DNA of 64,000 nucleotides from an uncultured Thermus sp. (GCA_947085095.1 CAMTVD010000018.1:1-64000), one strand, 5' to 3'. Positions 37,834 through 46,700 are shown, counted from the stretch's first letter. The notes: generated by a model from the sequence alone, not told the origin. Translations and numbers: made by a program.

Positions 37834-38238
37834 ATGCTCTGCCCTGCAAACGGGAAGGAGGGCCTTCTTGCCCCCCTCAAGACGGTGAAGAACTTCCTCA
37901 CCGGCAAGGCCCTGGCCCGCCTGGACCCGCAAAGCCCCCACTACCTCTGCCAGGACCCGGCCTGCTCCGTGGTCTACTACGGCTACGGCCGCGAAGGGGT
38001 CTACACCCTCGAGGAGGTGCGCTTCCCCGTCTACGACAAGGGGGCCTCCTGGGTCTGCTACTGCTTTGACTGGACCCTTGAGGCCATCCGGGAGGCCCTG
38101 GCCCAGGGGGAGGACCCCGTGGCCCAGGTGGAGGCGGGGGTGCGGGCCAAGCGGTGCGCCTGCGAATGGCGCAACCCCCGGGGGAAGTGTTGCCTGGCTA
38201 TCCTGAGGGCGGAGGTGGAGGGGCTTGCCCGCCCTTGA
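37834..38238 (+). CDS. Cys-rich metal-binding protein (CopZ N-terminal Zn/[2Fe-2S], BFD-like)
   Basis: CQDPACSVVYY, VCYCF, CACEWRNPRGKCC. Confidence 0.75.
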   Translation: MLCPANGKEGLLAPLKTVKNFLTGKALARLDPQSPHYLCQDPACSVVYYGYGREGVYTLEEVRFPVYDKGASWVCYCFDWTLEAIREALAQGEDPVAQVEAGVRAKRCACEWRNPRGKCCLAILRAEVEGLARP

Positions 38239-39754
38239 GGAAGCCTTCCGGGAGCGCCTTCTTCGCCTGGCACCCCAAGACCCCCTGGTCCTGGCGGTCT
38301 CCGGCGGCGGGGACTCCGTGGCCCTGGCCCACCTGGTGAGGCGGGCGGAAAGGAGGGCGGTGGTGGCCCACCTGGACCACGCCCTGCGCCCGGATAGCGG
38401 CGAAGACCTCCTCTTCGTGCGCAACCTGGCCCAGAGGCTTGGCTTTCCCTTTTACGGGGAGCGGGTGGAGGTGGGGCGGATCGCCAGGGAGAGGGGGGAG
38501 AACCTCGAGGCCCTGGCCCGGGAGGTGCGCTACGCCTTCCTCCACCGGGTGGCCAAGGAGGTGGGGGCCAAGGCCATCCTCACCGCCCACACCCTGGACG
38601 ACCAGGCGGAGACGGTCTTGCTTAAGCTCCTCCAGGGCACGGCCCGGGGCCTGGGCATCCGGGAGAAGGAGGGGATGGTGGTCCGCCCCCTCCTCCCCTT
38701 TGCCCGGGAGGAGCTAAGGGCCTACCTCCTGGCCCTGGGGGAGGCCTGGCGGGAGGACCCCACGAACCAGGACCTGGCCCTGGACCGCAACTACCTGAGG
38801 CTTGCCGTTTTCCCCCTCCTCCTGGAGCGCTTTCCCCGGGCCAAAGAAGCCCTCGCCCGCTTCGCCAGGGCCCAGGAGGAAGAGGAGGCTTTCCTGGAGG
38901 AGATGGCGGCGGCCCGCCTCCTCCCCGACCCCCGCTTCCTCGTGCCCGCCTACCGGGCCCTCCCCCTCTTAAGGGCCCCAGAGGCGGTGCGCAGGAGGGC
39001 CCTGAGGCGGATTCTGGAGGGCCTGGACCTCCGCCCCGAGGCCCGGCTCATCGCCCTCCTGGAGGAGGCCCTAAGGGGAAGGGCGGGGACGCTTCCTGGG
39101 GGGTACCTGGCCCGGCGGCACCTGGGGACGCTCTTCCTCATCCCCCCCAACCCCAGGATTCCCCTCCCTAAGGGCTTCCGCAGGCCCCTTCCCGGGGACT
39201 ATCTGGAAAGGCCCTTTGGCAGGAAGCGCTTGGTGGAGTTTTTGGCGGAGAAAGGGGTGCCCAGGGAGCTCAGGCCCCTCTGGCCCGTGAAGGGGGAGGA
39301 AGGCCGGGTGGAGGCGGTCTTGGGCCTCTTTCCCCCTTCGGAAGAGGAGGACCTCATGGGGCTCGCCTTGGAGGAGGCCAGGAAGGCCTATGCGGAGGGG
39401 GAGGTGCCCGTGGGGGCGGTTTTGGTCCTGGAAGGGGAGGTCCATGGGGAGCGCAACCGGGTGGAGGCCACCAAAGACCCCACGGCCCACGCGGAGGTGC
39501 TCCTCTTGCGAAGGTTGGGGAAAAGGGCCCGGGGAGGGCGGCTTTTCGTGACCCTGGAGCCCTGCCGCATGTGCCACCACGCCCTCCTGGAGGCGGGGGT
39601 GGAGGTGGTCTACGGGGCGGAGAACCTGAAGGAGGGGGCCCTCACCCGCTATGGCCAGGGGGGAGGGCTTCGGGGTGGCCTGAGGGAAGGGGAGTGTGCT
39701 AAGCTCTTAAGGGATTTCTTCGCCCGGCTCAGGGAGGGGTGCCGGAGCGGTTGA
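38225..39754 (+). CDS. tilS: tRNA(Ile)-lysidine synthetase fused to a TadA-like deaminase domain
   Basis: SGGGDS, AHTLDDQAET, EDPTN, RN.LR; C-terminal GEVPVGAV...DPTAHAE...TLEPCRMC. Confidence 0.92.
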   Translation: MPALEEAFRERLLRLAPQDPLVLAVSGGGDSVALAHLVRRAERRAVVAHLDHALRPDSGEDLLFVRNLAQRLGFPFYGERVEVGRIARERGENLEALAREVRYAFLHRVAKEVGAKAILTAHTLDDQAETVLLKLLQGTARGLGIREKEGMVVRPLLPFAREELRAYLLALGEAWREDPTNQDLALDRNYLRLAVFPLLLERFPRAKEALARFARAQEEEEAFLEEMAAARLLPDPRFLVPAYRALPLLRAPEAVRRRALRRILEGLDLRPEARLIALLEEALRGRAGTLPGGYLARRHLGTLFLIPPNPRIPLPKGFRRPLPGDYLERPFGRKRLVEFLAEKGVPRELRPLWPVKGEEGRVEAVLGLFPPSEEEDLMGLALEEARKAYAEGEVPVGAVLVLEGEVHGERNRVEATKDPTAHAEVLLLRRLGKRARGGRLFVTLEPCRMCHHALLEAGVEVVYGAENLKEGALTRYGQGGGLRGGLREGECAKLLRDFFARLREGCRSG

Positions 39755-39824
39755 ACGGGCCGGTCTCGAAAACCGGTAGGCTCCGCAAGGGGCCTCGCGG
39801 GTTCGAATCCCGCCCCCTCCGCCA
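39733..39824 (+). tRNA. tRNA-Ser(CGA)
   Basis: GGAGGGGTG...CTCGAAA...long variable arm...GGTTCGAATCC...CCCCTCCGCCA, G73 discriminator. Confidence 0.96.
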
Positions 39825-39853
39825 AAGGCGGCCCTTTGGCCGCCTTTCCTTTT
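39824..39853 (+). terminator. Intrinsic terminator after tRNA-Ser
   Basis: AAAGGCGGCC-CTTT-GGCCGCCTTT followed by CCTTTT. Confidence 0.8.
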
Positions 39854-39886
39854 CTGCAAGGTGGGGAAAGGGCTAGACTGAACCCG

Positions 39887-40249
39887 GTGCGCGGGCTGGC
39901 CTTGACCTTGGGTTTCTTCTTCACCGGGCTGGGCTTTTTGGGAAGCCTTCTCCCGGTTTTGCCCTCCACGCCCTTTTTCCTCCTGGCCGCTTACTTCTTC
40001 TCCCGCTCCAACCCCCGCCTCGAGGCCTGGCTCCTGGGCCTCCCTAAGGTGGGCCCCCTCATCCGGGACTACCGGGAGGGTCGGGGCATGTCCTGGGGGG
40101 CCAAGGCCTGGGCCACCCTCTTCATCCTCCTGGGGGCCGCCCTAAGCCTCCTCCGCCTCTCCCACCCCTGGGTTCAGGCCCTCCTGGTGGGCCTGGTGGC
40201 CTATGCCCTCTACTTCATCTGGAAAAAGGTCCCCACCCAAGGGGCCTAG
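39887..40249 (+). CDS. YbaN/DUF454 inner membrane protein
   Basis: LPVLPSTPFFLLAAYFFSRS...WL; GTG start 7 nt after TAGACT. Confidence 0.85.
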   Translation: MRGLALTLGFFFTGLGFLGSLLPVLPSTPFFLLAAYFFSRSNPRLEAWLLGLPKVGPLIRDYREGRGMSWGAKAWATLFILLGAALSLLRLSHPWVQALLVGLVAYALYFIWKKVPTQGA

Positions 40250-40851
40250 AGCACCTGGTACCCCCACCTTCCCCCTAGGACCCCAAGCCCTTTAAGCAGG
40301 GCCTCCACCTCCTCCCGGCCCTGGGGAAGGCCCTTTAGGAGCAGGTAGAGGAGGCTTGCCAGCTCCCCGAGGAGGGCGAAGCCAAAGCGCTTTTTCTCCT
40401 CTTCCCAGAGGGCTTCCATGCGCAGGTGGGCCATGCGCCAGGGCACGGGGAGGAAGTGCCCCTTGGGCGGGGCCGCCTCGGGGGCGCAAAGCCTGGGGTC
40501 CCCCTCTGTGAGGAGGCCCCGGCAGGCCAGGGGGCGCTGGGGGTAGAGCCCACAAAGCCCCTCCTCCAGGAGGGGGCAGGGGGTGCGGCTTTGGAAGAAG
40601 CGGCTGGGGAAGCGGGGGTCGTCCTTGCCCTCCCTTAGGAGGGTGAGGCGCCTGGGGCCTTCCTCAAATAAGCGCTCCTTCTGGGCGGGGGTGAGGTGGG
40701 GGAGGAGGGCTTCCGCCTCGAGGCGGGAGAGGGTGACGAGGCCGAAGCAGCAGGCAAAGCACCCCGCCTGGCAGGAGGGCTTGACCCCCTTTTTCGCCAG
40801 GTAGTCCGCGAGGTCCAGGTCAAAGACCTGGAAAAGGGTTTCCGCGTTCAT
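40246..40851 (-). CDS. YkgJ-family cysteine-cluster protein
   Basis: CQAGCFACC, CPLLEEGLCGLYPQRPLACR. Confidence 0.88.
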   Translation of the reverse strand: MNAETLFQVFDLDLADYLAKKGVKPSCQAGCFACCFGLVTLSRLEAEALLPHLTPAQKERLFEEGPRRLTLLREGKDDPRFPSRFFQSRTPCPLLEEGLCGLYPQRPLACRGLLTEGDPRLCAPEAAPPKGHFLPVPWRMAHLRMEALWEEEKKRFGFALLGELASLLYLLLKGLPQGREEVEALLKGLGVLGGRWGYQVL

Positions 40852-41024
40852 CGGCGCTGGCGGTAAAGTCCCTTCCTGGGGTCAAAGGGACAGGCGCGGA
40901 GGGCCACCTGGGGGCAGAAGCGCCGGTGGCGGCGCACCTCCTCCGCCAGGGGCCGGGGAAGGCCGCAAACGGGGCAGGGGGCCCTACCCTTGGCCCTTTG
41001 GAAGAGGCGGAGGAGCCCTCTCAC
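40848..41024 (-). CDS. 58-aa Cys-rich small protein (possible zinc finger)
   Basis: Not in the track. MRGLLRLFQRAKGRAPCPVCG...HRRFCP...CPFDP...; ATGA overlap with the YkgJ gene; TACCCT 7 nt upstream. Confidence 0.6.
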   Translation of the reverse strand: MRGLLRLFQRAKGRAPCPVCGLPRPLAEEVRRHRRFCPQVALRACPFDPRKGLYRQRR

Positions 41025-41047
41025 CCCACACAGGGTACCATGGGGGC

Positions 41048-41536
41048 ATGCCTGCGCCCTTTCTGGAACCCCTGGTGCCGGGGGTGCCCCCGGCGGTTTC
41101 GGCCTGGATAAGGGGCCTCGAGGAGGTCCGGCTCCAGCTGGGGAAGTGGGCCTTTGACCTTCCCCAGGAGGCCTTTTGGTGGCGGCCCAAGGAGGGAGCG
41201 AACCCCATCGGCGGCCTGGTGCGCCATATCGCGGGAAGCTCCCTGCGCCTGGCCTCCTACGCTCTCGCCCTGCCCCTGCCGGAGTGGGCCGGGCGGGGCC
41301 GGGAGTGGGAGCTATTGGGGGAGGCCGAGCCCAAGGATAGGGTGGTGGCCCGCTTCCAGGAGGCCTGGGACCTCATTCTGGAAAGCCTCAGGAGGGTGCG
41401 GGAGGAGGACCTGGCGGCCTCCGTCCCCGTGGGCGGCCAAGGGGTCCAGGCTCCCCGGGCCCATGTCCTCCACCACCTGGTGGAGCACGCCCAGCACCAC
41501 GCGGGCCAGGTCATCTACGCCCGGAAGCTCCTATAA
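41048..41536 (+). CDS. DinB-family protein
   Basis: NPIGGLVRHIAG...HAQHHAGQ. Confidence 0.85.
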   Translation: MPAPFLEPLVPGVPPAVSAWIRGLEEVRLQLGKWAFDLPQEAFWWRPKEGANPIGGLVRHIAGSSLRLASYALALPLPEWAGRGREWELLGEAEPKDRVVARFQEAWDLILESLRRVREEDLAASVPVGGQGVQAPRAHVLHHLVEHAQHHAGQVIYARKLL

Positions 41537-41545
41537 GATGGGGGC

Positions 41546-41938
41546 ATGGAACGCGTGGGTCTGCGCAGCGCCCCCAGAGTGACCCTAAAGGCCCTCAAGG
41601 AGGCCCTCAAGGGGGTCCGGTTTCCCGAGGCCAAGGTCTACCTCATCACCGACTGGCAGGACCGGAGGGAAAGGGCCCGCTACGCCCTCCTTATCCACGG
41701 GGGGAAGAAGGACCTTTTGGTCCCCGACGCCTTCGGCCCCGCCTTCCCCGGGGGGGAGGAGGCCTTGGCGGAGCTCATGGCCCTTCTCCTGGAGCGGGGG
41801 GCCCGGAGGTTCTACGAGGCCGTGGTCTCCCCGGGGGAGATGACCGCCCTTTTGGACCTACCCCCGGAGGAGCTTCTCGCCCGCATCAACGCCATCGCCA
41901 ACCCCACCGACCCCTACATCTACCGGCGGGCCGCCTAG
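41546..41938 (+). CDS. Conserved Thermus protein (DUF3197-like)
   Basis: LITDWQDRR...PDAFGPAF...FYEAV...ANPTDP. Confidence 0.7.
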   Translation: MERVGLRSAPRVTLKALKEALKGVRFPEAKVYLITDWQDRRERARYALLIHGGKKDLLVPDAFGPAFPGGEEALAELMALLLERGARRFYEAVVSPGEMTALLDLPPEELLARINAIANPTDPYIYRRAA

Positions 41939-42798
41939 GCGTAGAGGGCCCTCAGCCTCGCCGCCTCCTCCGCCAGGAGGGGGAGGTGGGCGAGGTCTAC
42001 CCCGGTCCTGAAGCCCCGCCTTTCCAGGTGGGGGAGGACCACCTCCGTGGGAAGGTTGCCCACGAGCTCATCCCCGGCGAAGGGGCACCCGCCCACCCCG
42101 GCCAAGGCCCCCTCCAGCCAGGGGATGCCCGCCTCCAAGACCGCCTCCACCTTCTCCAACACCCCCTCGGGCCGGGCGTGGAGGTGGGCCCCGAGGCCCC
42201 TGGGACCGAAGCGGGCCGCCGCCTCCTTTAGGACCTCTCCGATGGTTTTCGCCTCCGCCACCCCGTAGGTGTCCGCCAGGGCGATCTCCTTGACCCCAAG
42301 CTCCCTCAGGCGGGCGATGGCCTCCAGGACCATCCCCACCCCCCAGGGGTCCCCGTAGGGGTTGCCGAAGGCCATGGAGAGGTAGACCACCAGGCCAAGC
42401 CGCCCCTCCGTGGCCCGCACCATTTCCGCCACCAGGGGCCAGGACTCCTCCAGGGAGCGGTTGGTGTTTTTCCGCTGGAAGGTTTCCGAGAGGGAGAGGG
42501 GGTAGCCCACGTGGGTGAGGTGGGGGGCGTTGAGGGCCCTTTCCAGACCCTTCTCGTTGGCCACGATGGCCAGATAGGTGCGCCCCTGGGGCGGAGGGAG
42601 GGCCTTCAGCACCTCCTCGGCGTCCGCCATCTGGGGCACCCACCTGGGGGAGACGAAGCTGGTGAGGTCCAGGTGGTGGAAGCCCGCCTCCAGAAGCCTC
42701 TTCAGGAAGGCCACCTTCTCCTCGGTGGGGATGAAACGGGAAAACCCCTGCCAGGCGTCCCTGGGACACTCCACCCACTTGACCGTTTCCACGCCCAT
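41935..42798 (-). CDS. Hydroxymethylglutaryl-CoA lyase
   Basis: ECPRDAWQG, SFVSP.WVPQMAD, LADT.G, HLH, GGCPFA, GNLPTE. Confidence 0.92.
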   Translation of the reverse strand: MGVETVKWVECPRDAWQGFSRFIPTEEKVAFLKRLLEAGFHHLDLTSFVSPRWVPQMADAEEVLKALPPPQGRTYLAIVANEKGLERALNAPHLTHVGYPLSLSETFQRKNTNRSLEESWPLVAEMVRATEGRLGLVVYLSMAFGNPYGDPWGVGMVLEAIARLRELGVKEIALADTYGVAEAKTIGEVLKEAAARFGPRGLGAHLHARPEGVLEKVEAVLEAGIPWLEGALAGVGGCPFAGDELVGNLPTEVVLPHLERRGFRTGVDLAHLPLLAEEAARLRALYA

Positions 42799-42839
42799 CT
42801 CCCTCCTTTAGAGCCCCCACCCTGCTGCCAGGATGGGGT

Positions 42840-44513
42840 TCAGACCTGGAAGACGCCCACCCGGAAGGGCTCCCGCTCCGGGTTCAGGGCGCAGGCCTCG
42901 AGGCTCCTGATGATCCACTTCCTGGTCTCGTGGGGGAGAATGACCCCGTCCACCCAGAGCCGGGCGGCGGCGTACCGGGGGTCCAGGGTCTCCTCGTAGC
43001 GGCCCTTGATGCGCTCGTAGAGCTCCTTAAGCTCCTCGTCCGAGGGCTCCTGGCCCTGGCGCTTGAGCTTCTCCACCTCCAGCTCCAGGAGGGTCTTGGC
43101 CGCCTGGGCCCCGCCCATGACGGCGTACTTGGCGCTGGGCCAGGCGTAGATGAAGCGGGGGGCGTAGGCCTTGCCCGCCAGGGCGTAGTTCCCCGCCCCG
43201 AAGGACCCCCCCAGGATCACGGTGATCTTGGGGACGGTGGAGTTGCTCACGGCGTTCACCAGCTTGGCCCCCCGCCTTATGATCCCCGCCTGCTCCGACT
43301 CCTTGCCCACCATGAAGCCGGTCACGTCCTGGAGGAAGAGGAGGGGAATGCCCATCTGGTTCACGTCCAGGATGAAGCGGGCCGCCTTGTCCGCCGCCTC
43401 GGCGTAGATGACCCCGCCCACCTCAATCCGCCCCTTCTTCTTGAGGACGAGGCGCTGGTTGCCCACGATGCCCACCGGGTATCCCCCGATGCGGGCGAAG
43501 CCGGTGACCAGGGTCTCCCCGTAGCCCCCCTTGTACTCCAGGAACTCCGAGCCGTCCACCAGGCGGGCGATCACCTCCCTCAGGTCGTAGGGCCGGGAGC
43601 CGTCGGGGGAGACCAGGCCGTAGAGGTCCTCGGCGGGGTAGAGGGGCTCCCGGGGTTCCTTCCGGGCCTCGGCCCAGGGGGCGAGGCGCGAGGGCGGGTA
43701 GAGGGCGGCGAGCTTCCTTATCCGCTCCAGGGCGGCCTCGTCCGTGGGCTCGTAGAAGTCCACGGTGCCGGAGACCTCAGAGTGCATCCTGGCCCCGCCC
43801 AGCTCCTCGGAGGAGACCTCCTGGCCGATGGCCGCCTTGACCAGGGCGGGCCCCGCCAGGTAGAGCCCCGAGCCCTCGGTCATGATCAGGACATCGGTCA
43901 TCACCGGCAGGTAGGCCCCCCCGGCCACGCAGTTGCCCATGATGGCGGAGATCTGGGGGATGCCGAGGGCCGACATCCGGGCGTTCAGGTAGAAGATGCG
44001 GCCGAAGTCGTCCTGGTCGGGGAAGACCTCGTCCTGCAAGGGGAGGAAGACCCCGGCGGAGTCCACCAGGTAAAGGGTGGGGATGCGGTTTTCCAGGGCC
44101 ATGGTCTGGGCCCGGATCACCTTCTTGGCGGTGATGGGGAAGAAGGCCCCCGCCTTCACCGTGGCGTCGTTGGCGATGATCATCCAAAGCTGGCCGGCGA
44201 TGCTTCCCAGGCCGGTGATCACCCCGCCCGAGGGGGCCCCGCCCCACTCCCCGTACATTCCCCACCCGGCGAAGGCCATGAGCTCGTAAAACTCCGTCCC
44301 CGGGTCAAGGAGCCTCTCTATCCTTTCCCTGGCGGTGAGGCGGCCCTTCTGGTGCTGGCGCTCCACGGCCTTGGGGCCGCCCCCTTGGCGCACCTTCTCC
44401 AGGCTCTCCCTGAACTCCCGCACCAGGGCCACCCAGGCGTCCTTGTTGGCCTTGAAATGGGGGCTTTCCCGGTTCAGGTGGGTCTCCAGGACGGGCCTCC
44501 CTTGGGCTTCCAT
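42840..44513 (-). CDS. Acyl-CoA carboxylase carboxyltransferase subunit (methylcrotonyl-CoA carboxylase beta-like)
   Basis: ANDATVKAG, VDSAG, GNCVAGGAY, GFMVG; upstream of HMG-CoA lyase. Confidence 0.92.
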   Translation of the reverse strand: MEAQGRPVLETHLNRESPHFKANKDAWVALVREFRESLEKVRQGGGPKAVERQHQKGRLTARERIERLLDPGTEFYELMAFAGWGMYGEWGGAPSGGVITGLGSIAGQLWMIIANDATVKAGAFFPITAKKVIRAQTMALENRIPTLYLVDSAGVFLPLQDEVFPDQDDFGRIFYLNARMSALGIPQISAIMGNCVAGGAYLPVMTDVLIMTEGSGLYLAGPALVKAAIGQEVSSEELGGARMHSEVSGTVDFYEPTDEAALERIRKLAALYPPSRLAPWAEARKEPREPLYPAEDLYGLVSPDGSRPYDLREVIARLVDGSEFLEYKGGYGETLVTGFARIGGYPVGIVGNQRLVLKKKGRIEVGGVIYAEAADKAARFILDVNQMGIPLLFLQDVTGFMVGKESEQAGIIRRGAKLVNAVSNSTVPKITVILGGSFGAGNYALAGKAYAPRFIYAWPSAKYAVMGGAQAAKTLLELEVEKLKRQGQEPSDEELKELYERIKGRYEETLDPRYAAARLWVDGVILPHETRKWIIRSLEACALNPEREPFRVGVFQV

Positions 44514-44543
44514 GCCCCAAGTATAACGCTTTTCCGCTCCCTC

Positions 44544-45029
44544 TTAAAAAAGCGTGGCCTCTTTGGGGGGGCAGGGCGCTTTGGGCTGGGCCTTGGCCTG
44601 GCGGCGGGCCTCCCGGTCCACCCTCTCGTTCTCGGGGTGGCCGCTATGCCCCTCCACCCAGTGAAAGCTCACCTGGTGCCCCTCCATGGCCTTCAGCAGG
44701 GCTTGCCAGAGGTCCTGGTTCTTCACGGGCCTCCCCTCGGCGGTGCGCCAGCCGTTTTTCTGCCACCTCTCCACCCAGCCCTCGGCGAAGGCCCGCTTGA
44801 GGTAGTGGCTGTCGGTGTGGAGGTGGACCTCGCAGGGCTCCTTGAGGGCCAGGAGGCCCTCGAGGGCCGCTCTAAGCTCCATCCGGTTATTGGTGGTGCA
44901 GGGCTCCCCCCCGGAAAGGAGCTTCTCCCGCTTCCCATAGCGGAGGAGAGTTGCCCACCCCCCGGGCCCCGGGTTCCCCAGGCAGGCCCCGTCCGTGAAG
45001 AGGTCCACGCGCTTGCGGGAAGGGCTCAC
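44544..45029 (-). CDS. rnhA: Ribonuclease HI
   Basis: TDGACLGNPGPGG, TTNNRMEL, VKNQDLW, GHSGHPENERVD. Confidence 0.97.
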   Translation of the reverse strand: MSPSRKRVDLFTDGACLGNPGPGGWATLLRYGKREKLLSGGEPCTTNNRMELRAALEGLLALKEPCEVHLHTDSHYLKRAFAEGWVERWQKNGWRTAEGRPVKNQDLWQALLKAMEGHQVSFHWVEGHSGHPENERVDREARRQAKAQPKAPCPPKEATLF

Positions 45030-45048
45030 ACCCCCATTCTTCCACGGC

Positions 45049-45951
45049 CTAGCCCTTGGGGGCGGGCCCGAAGAGCCTGAGGAAAAGCGCCTCCAGGCTG
45101 GGTGTCCCCTGGGAGACCTCGAGGACCTCGGCGTCCAGGCGGGGGATGTGCTCCCGCAAGGCCTCCCAGGGGCCCAGAAAGAAGAGGCGGTCCGGGGCCT
45201 CGGGGAGCCACCCTGGCCCCAGGGCCCCCGCCAGGGCCTCGGCCCTGGGTTCCGAGAGGCGCAGGCGGTACCCTTCCCCCGCCCACTCCCGCAGGAGGGC
45301 CCGGGTGGGACCCTCCTTGAGGACCTCTCCCAGGTGGAGGAAGGCCACCCGGTCGCTCACCCGCTCCACCCCTTCCAGGTCGTGGGAGGTGAGGAGGATT
45401 CCCCACCCCTCCCCCTTGAGCTCCAGGAGAATCCCCTCAAACTCCCTCCGGCTCACGGGGTCCAGGCCCAGGGTGGGCTCGTCCAGGAGGAGGAAGCGGG
45501 GCTTGAGGGCGAGGGCCAGGGCCAGGGCGGCCTTCTGCTGCATCCCCCGGGAGAGGGAGGCCAGGGGGGCGTGGAGGCGTTCCCTTAGGCCAAAGCGCTC
45601 CAGCCAGGCCTCAAACCGGGGCCGCACCTCCCTGGGGGAAAGCCCCCGGATGCCCCCGAAGTAGAGGGCGTTCGCCAGAAGGCTCAGGTTCACGTACAGG
45701 TTGCGGCTTCCCTCCAGGAGGACGCCGAACTCGTGGCCATGGGGCCTCCACCTCCCATTCCCCTCTTCCAGAACCACCTCGCCCCCGTCGGGGAGAAGGA
45801 GCCCGAGGACGATCTTGAGGAGGGTGGTCTTCCCCGCCCCGTTGGGCCCGAGGAGGCCCAGGATCTCCCCAGCGCCAAGCTCCAGGCTCACCCCCTTCAG
45901 GGCCTCCAGCTTCCCGAAGCGCTTGTGGACGTTCTGCACCAGAAGCCGCAT
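45049..45951 (-). CDS. ABC-2 exporter ATP-binding subunit
   Basis: Start MRLLVQNVHKRFG at 45951; GPNGAGKTT, LSRGMQQK, LDEPTLGLD. Confidence 0.92.
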   Translation of the reverse strand: MRLLVQNVHKRFGKLEALKGVSLELGAGEILGLLGPNGAGKTTLLKIVLGLLLPDGGEVVLEEGNGRWRPHGHEFGVLLEGSRNLYVNLSLLANALYFGGIRGLSPREVRPRFEAWLERFGLRERLHAPLASLSRGMQQKAALALALALKPRFLLLDEPTLGLDPVSRREFEGILLELKGEGWGILLTSHDLEGVERVSDRVAFLHLGEVLKEGPTRALLREWAGEGYRLRLSEPRAEALAGALGPGWLPEAPDRLFFLGPWEALREHIPRLDAEVLEVSQGTPSLEALFLRLFGPAPKG

Positions 45952-46697
45952 CAGTACCTCCCCAGAAGGCCCCGTCGGCGAACTAGGGCGTACATGCGCA
46001 GGAGCAGGAAAGAGCCCAGAAGGAGGAGGAGTACTCCCTGAAGGAAGGCCCCGAGGTAGACGTCTAGGGGGACAGGTTGCCCCGAGAGGCTGAGCCGCAT
46101 GGCGTGAGCTGTGGGGGCAAGGGGCAAATAGACCATGTATGGCTGCCATTGCGTAAAGGAGAGGAAGTAGGGGATGAGGAGGAACTGGACCAGGGTATAA
46201 AAGGAGGATATTTGTCTGAAGTAAAGGGCCAAAGCTCCCATAGCCAAGGCCAGACCAAGGGCAGCGATGACCAAAGGGAGCAGTCCCAGAGGCCACCAGG
46301 GAGCGAAGGTGAGCCGTTGGCCTGTAAGGAGGAGCAGAATAATGAGAATCACACTCGTTTGTATCAGCACCAAGGTCCCCAGAATGCCCGCCCGCAGGAG
46401 AACCTGCCGCACCAACCCTCCTCTAGCCAGGGCCAGATGCTCTAGTGTGCCTTGGACAGCGTCCTCGCGGAGGATGAAGGCGATGGTGACATAAAAGCCA
46501 AGGAACAGCTGTAGGGCTGTGTAGATGAGCACGAGGGAGGAAGTATTAGGGAGGGCATCCTGGACCACAGCCCGAACCGCCACCAAAATGGCATAGAAGT
46601 AAACAACGTCTACAAAGAGTCCCACCAAGTTGTTCACCCAGTACAGGCGAAGGCTGGCCAGAGCCAAGTTCACTTCTGCTCTAAGCTGGTTAAGCAT
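45951..46697 (-). CDS. ABC-2 exporter permease (atypical, lower-GC codons)
   Basis: About 6 TM segments, EDAVQGTLEHL motif, TGATG coupling to the ATPase. Confidence 0.85.
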   Translation of the reverse strand: MLNQLRAEVNLALASLRLYWVNNLVGLFVDVVYFYAILVAVRAVVQDALPNTSSLVLIYTALQLFLGFYVTIAFILREDAVQGTLEHLALARGGLVRQVLLRAGILGTLVLIQTSVILIILLLLTGQRLTFAPWWPLGLLPLVIAALGLALAMGALALYFRQISSFYTLVQFLLIPYFLSFTQWQPYMVYLPLAPTAHAMRLSLSGQPVPLDVYLGAFLQGVLLLLLGSFLLLRMYALVRRRGLLGRY

Positions 46698-46700
46698 CCG

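Noticed and set aside
4714..39754. Apparent enrichment of tRNA-modification genes (ttuBA, queG, tilS) as one system
   Set aside because: The genes are scattered over 35 kb among unrelated core genes, with no shared operon or motif.
4714..39824. tRNA genes as integration sites for prophages or ICEs
   Set aside because: Each tRNA (or the Cys/Val pair) is followed by a hairpin and ordinary genes; no duplicated tRNA 3' ends or recombinases were seen.
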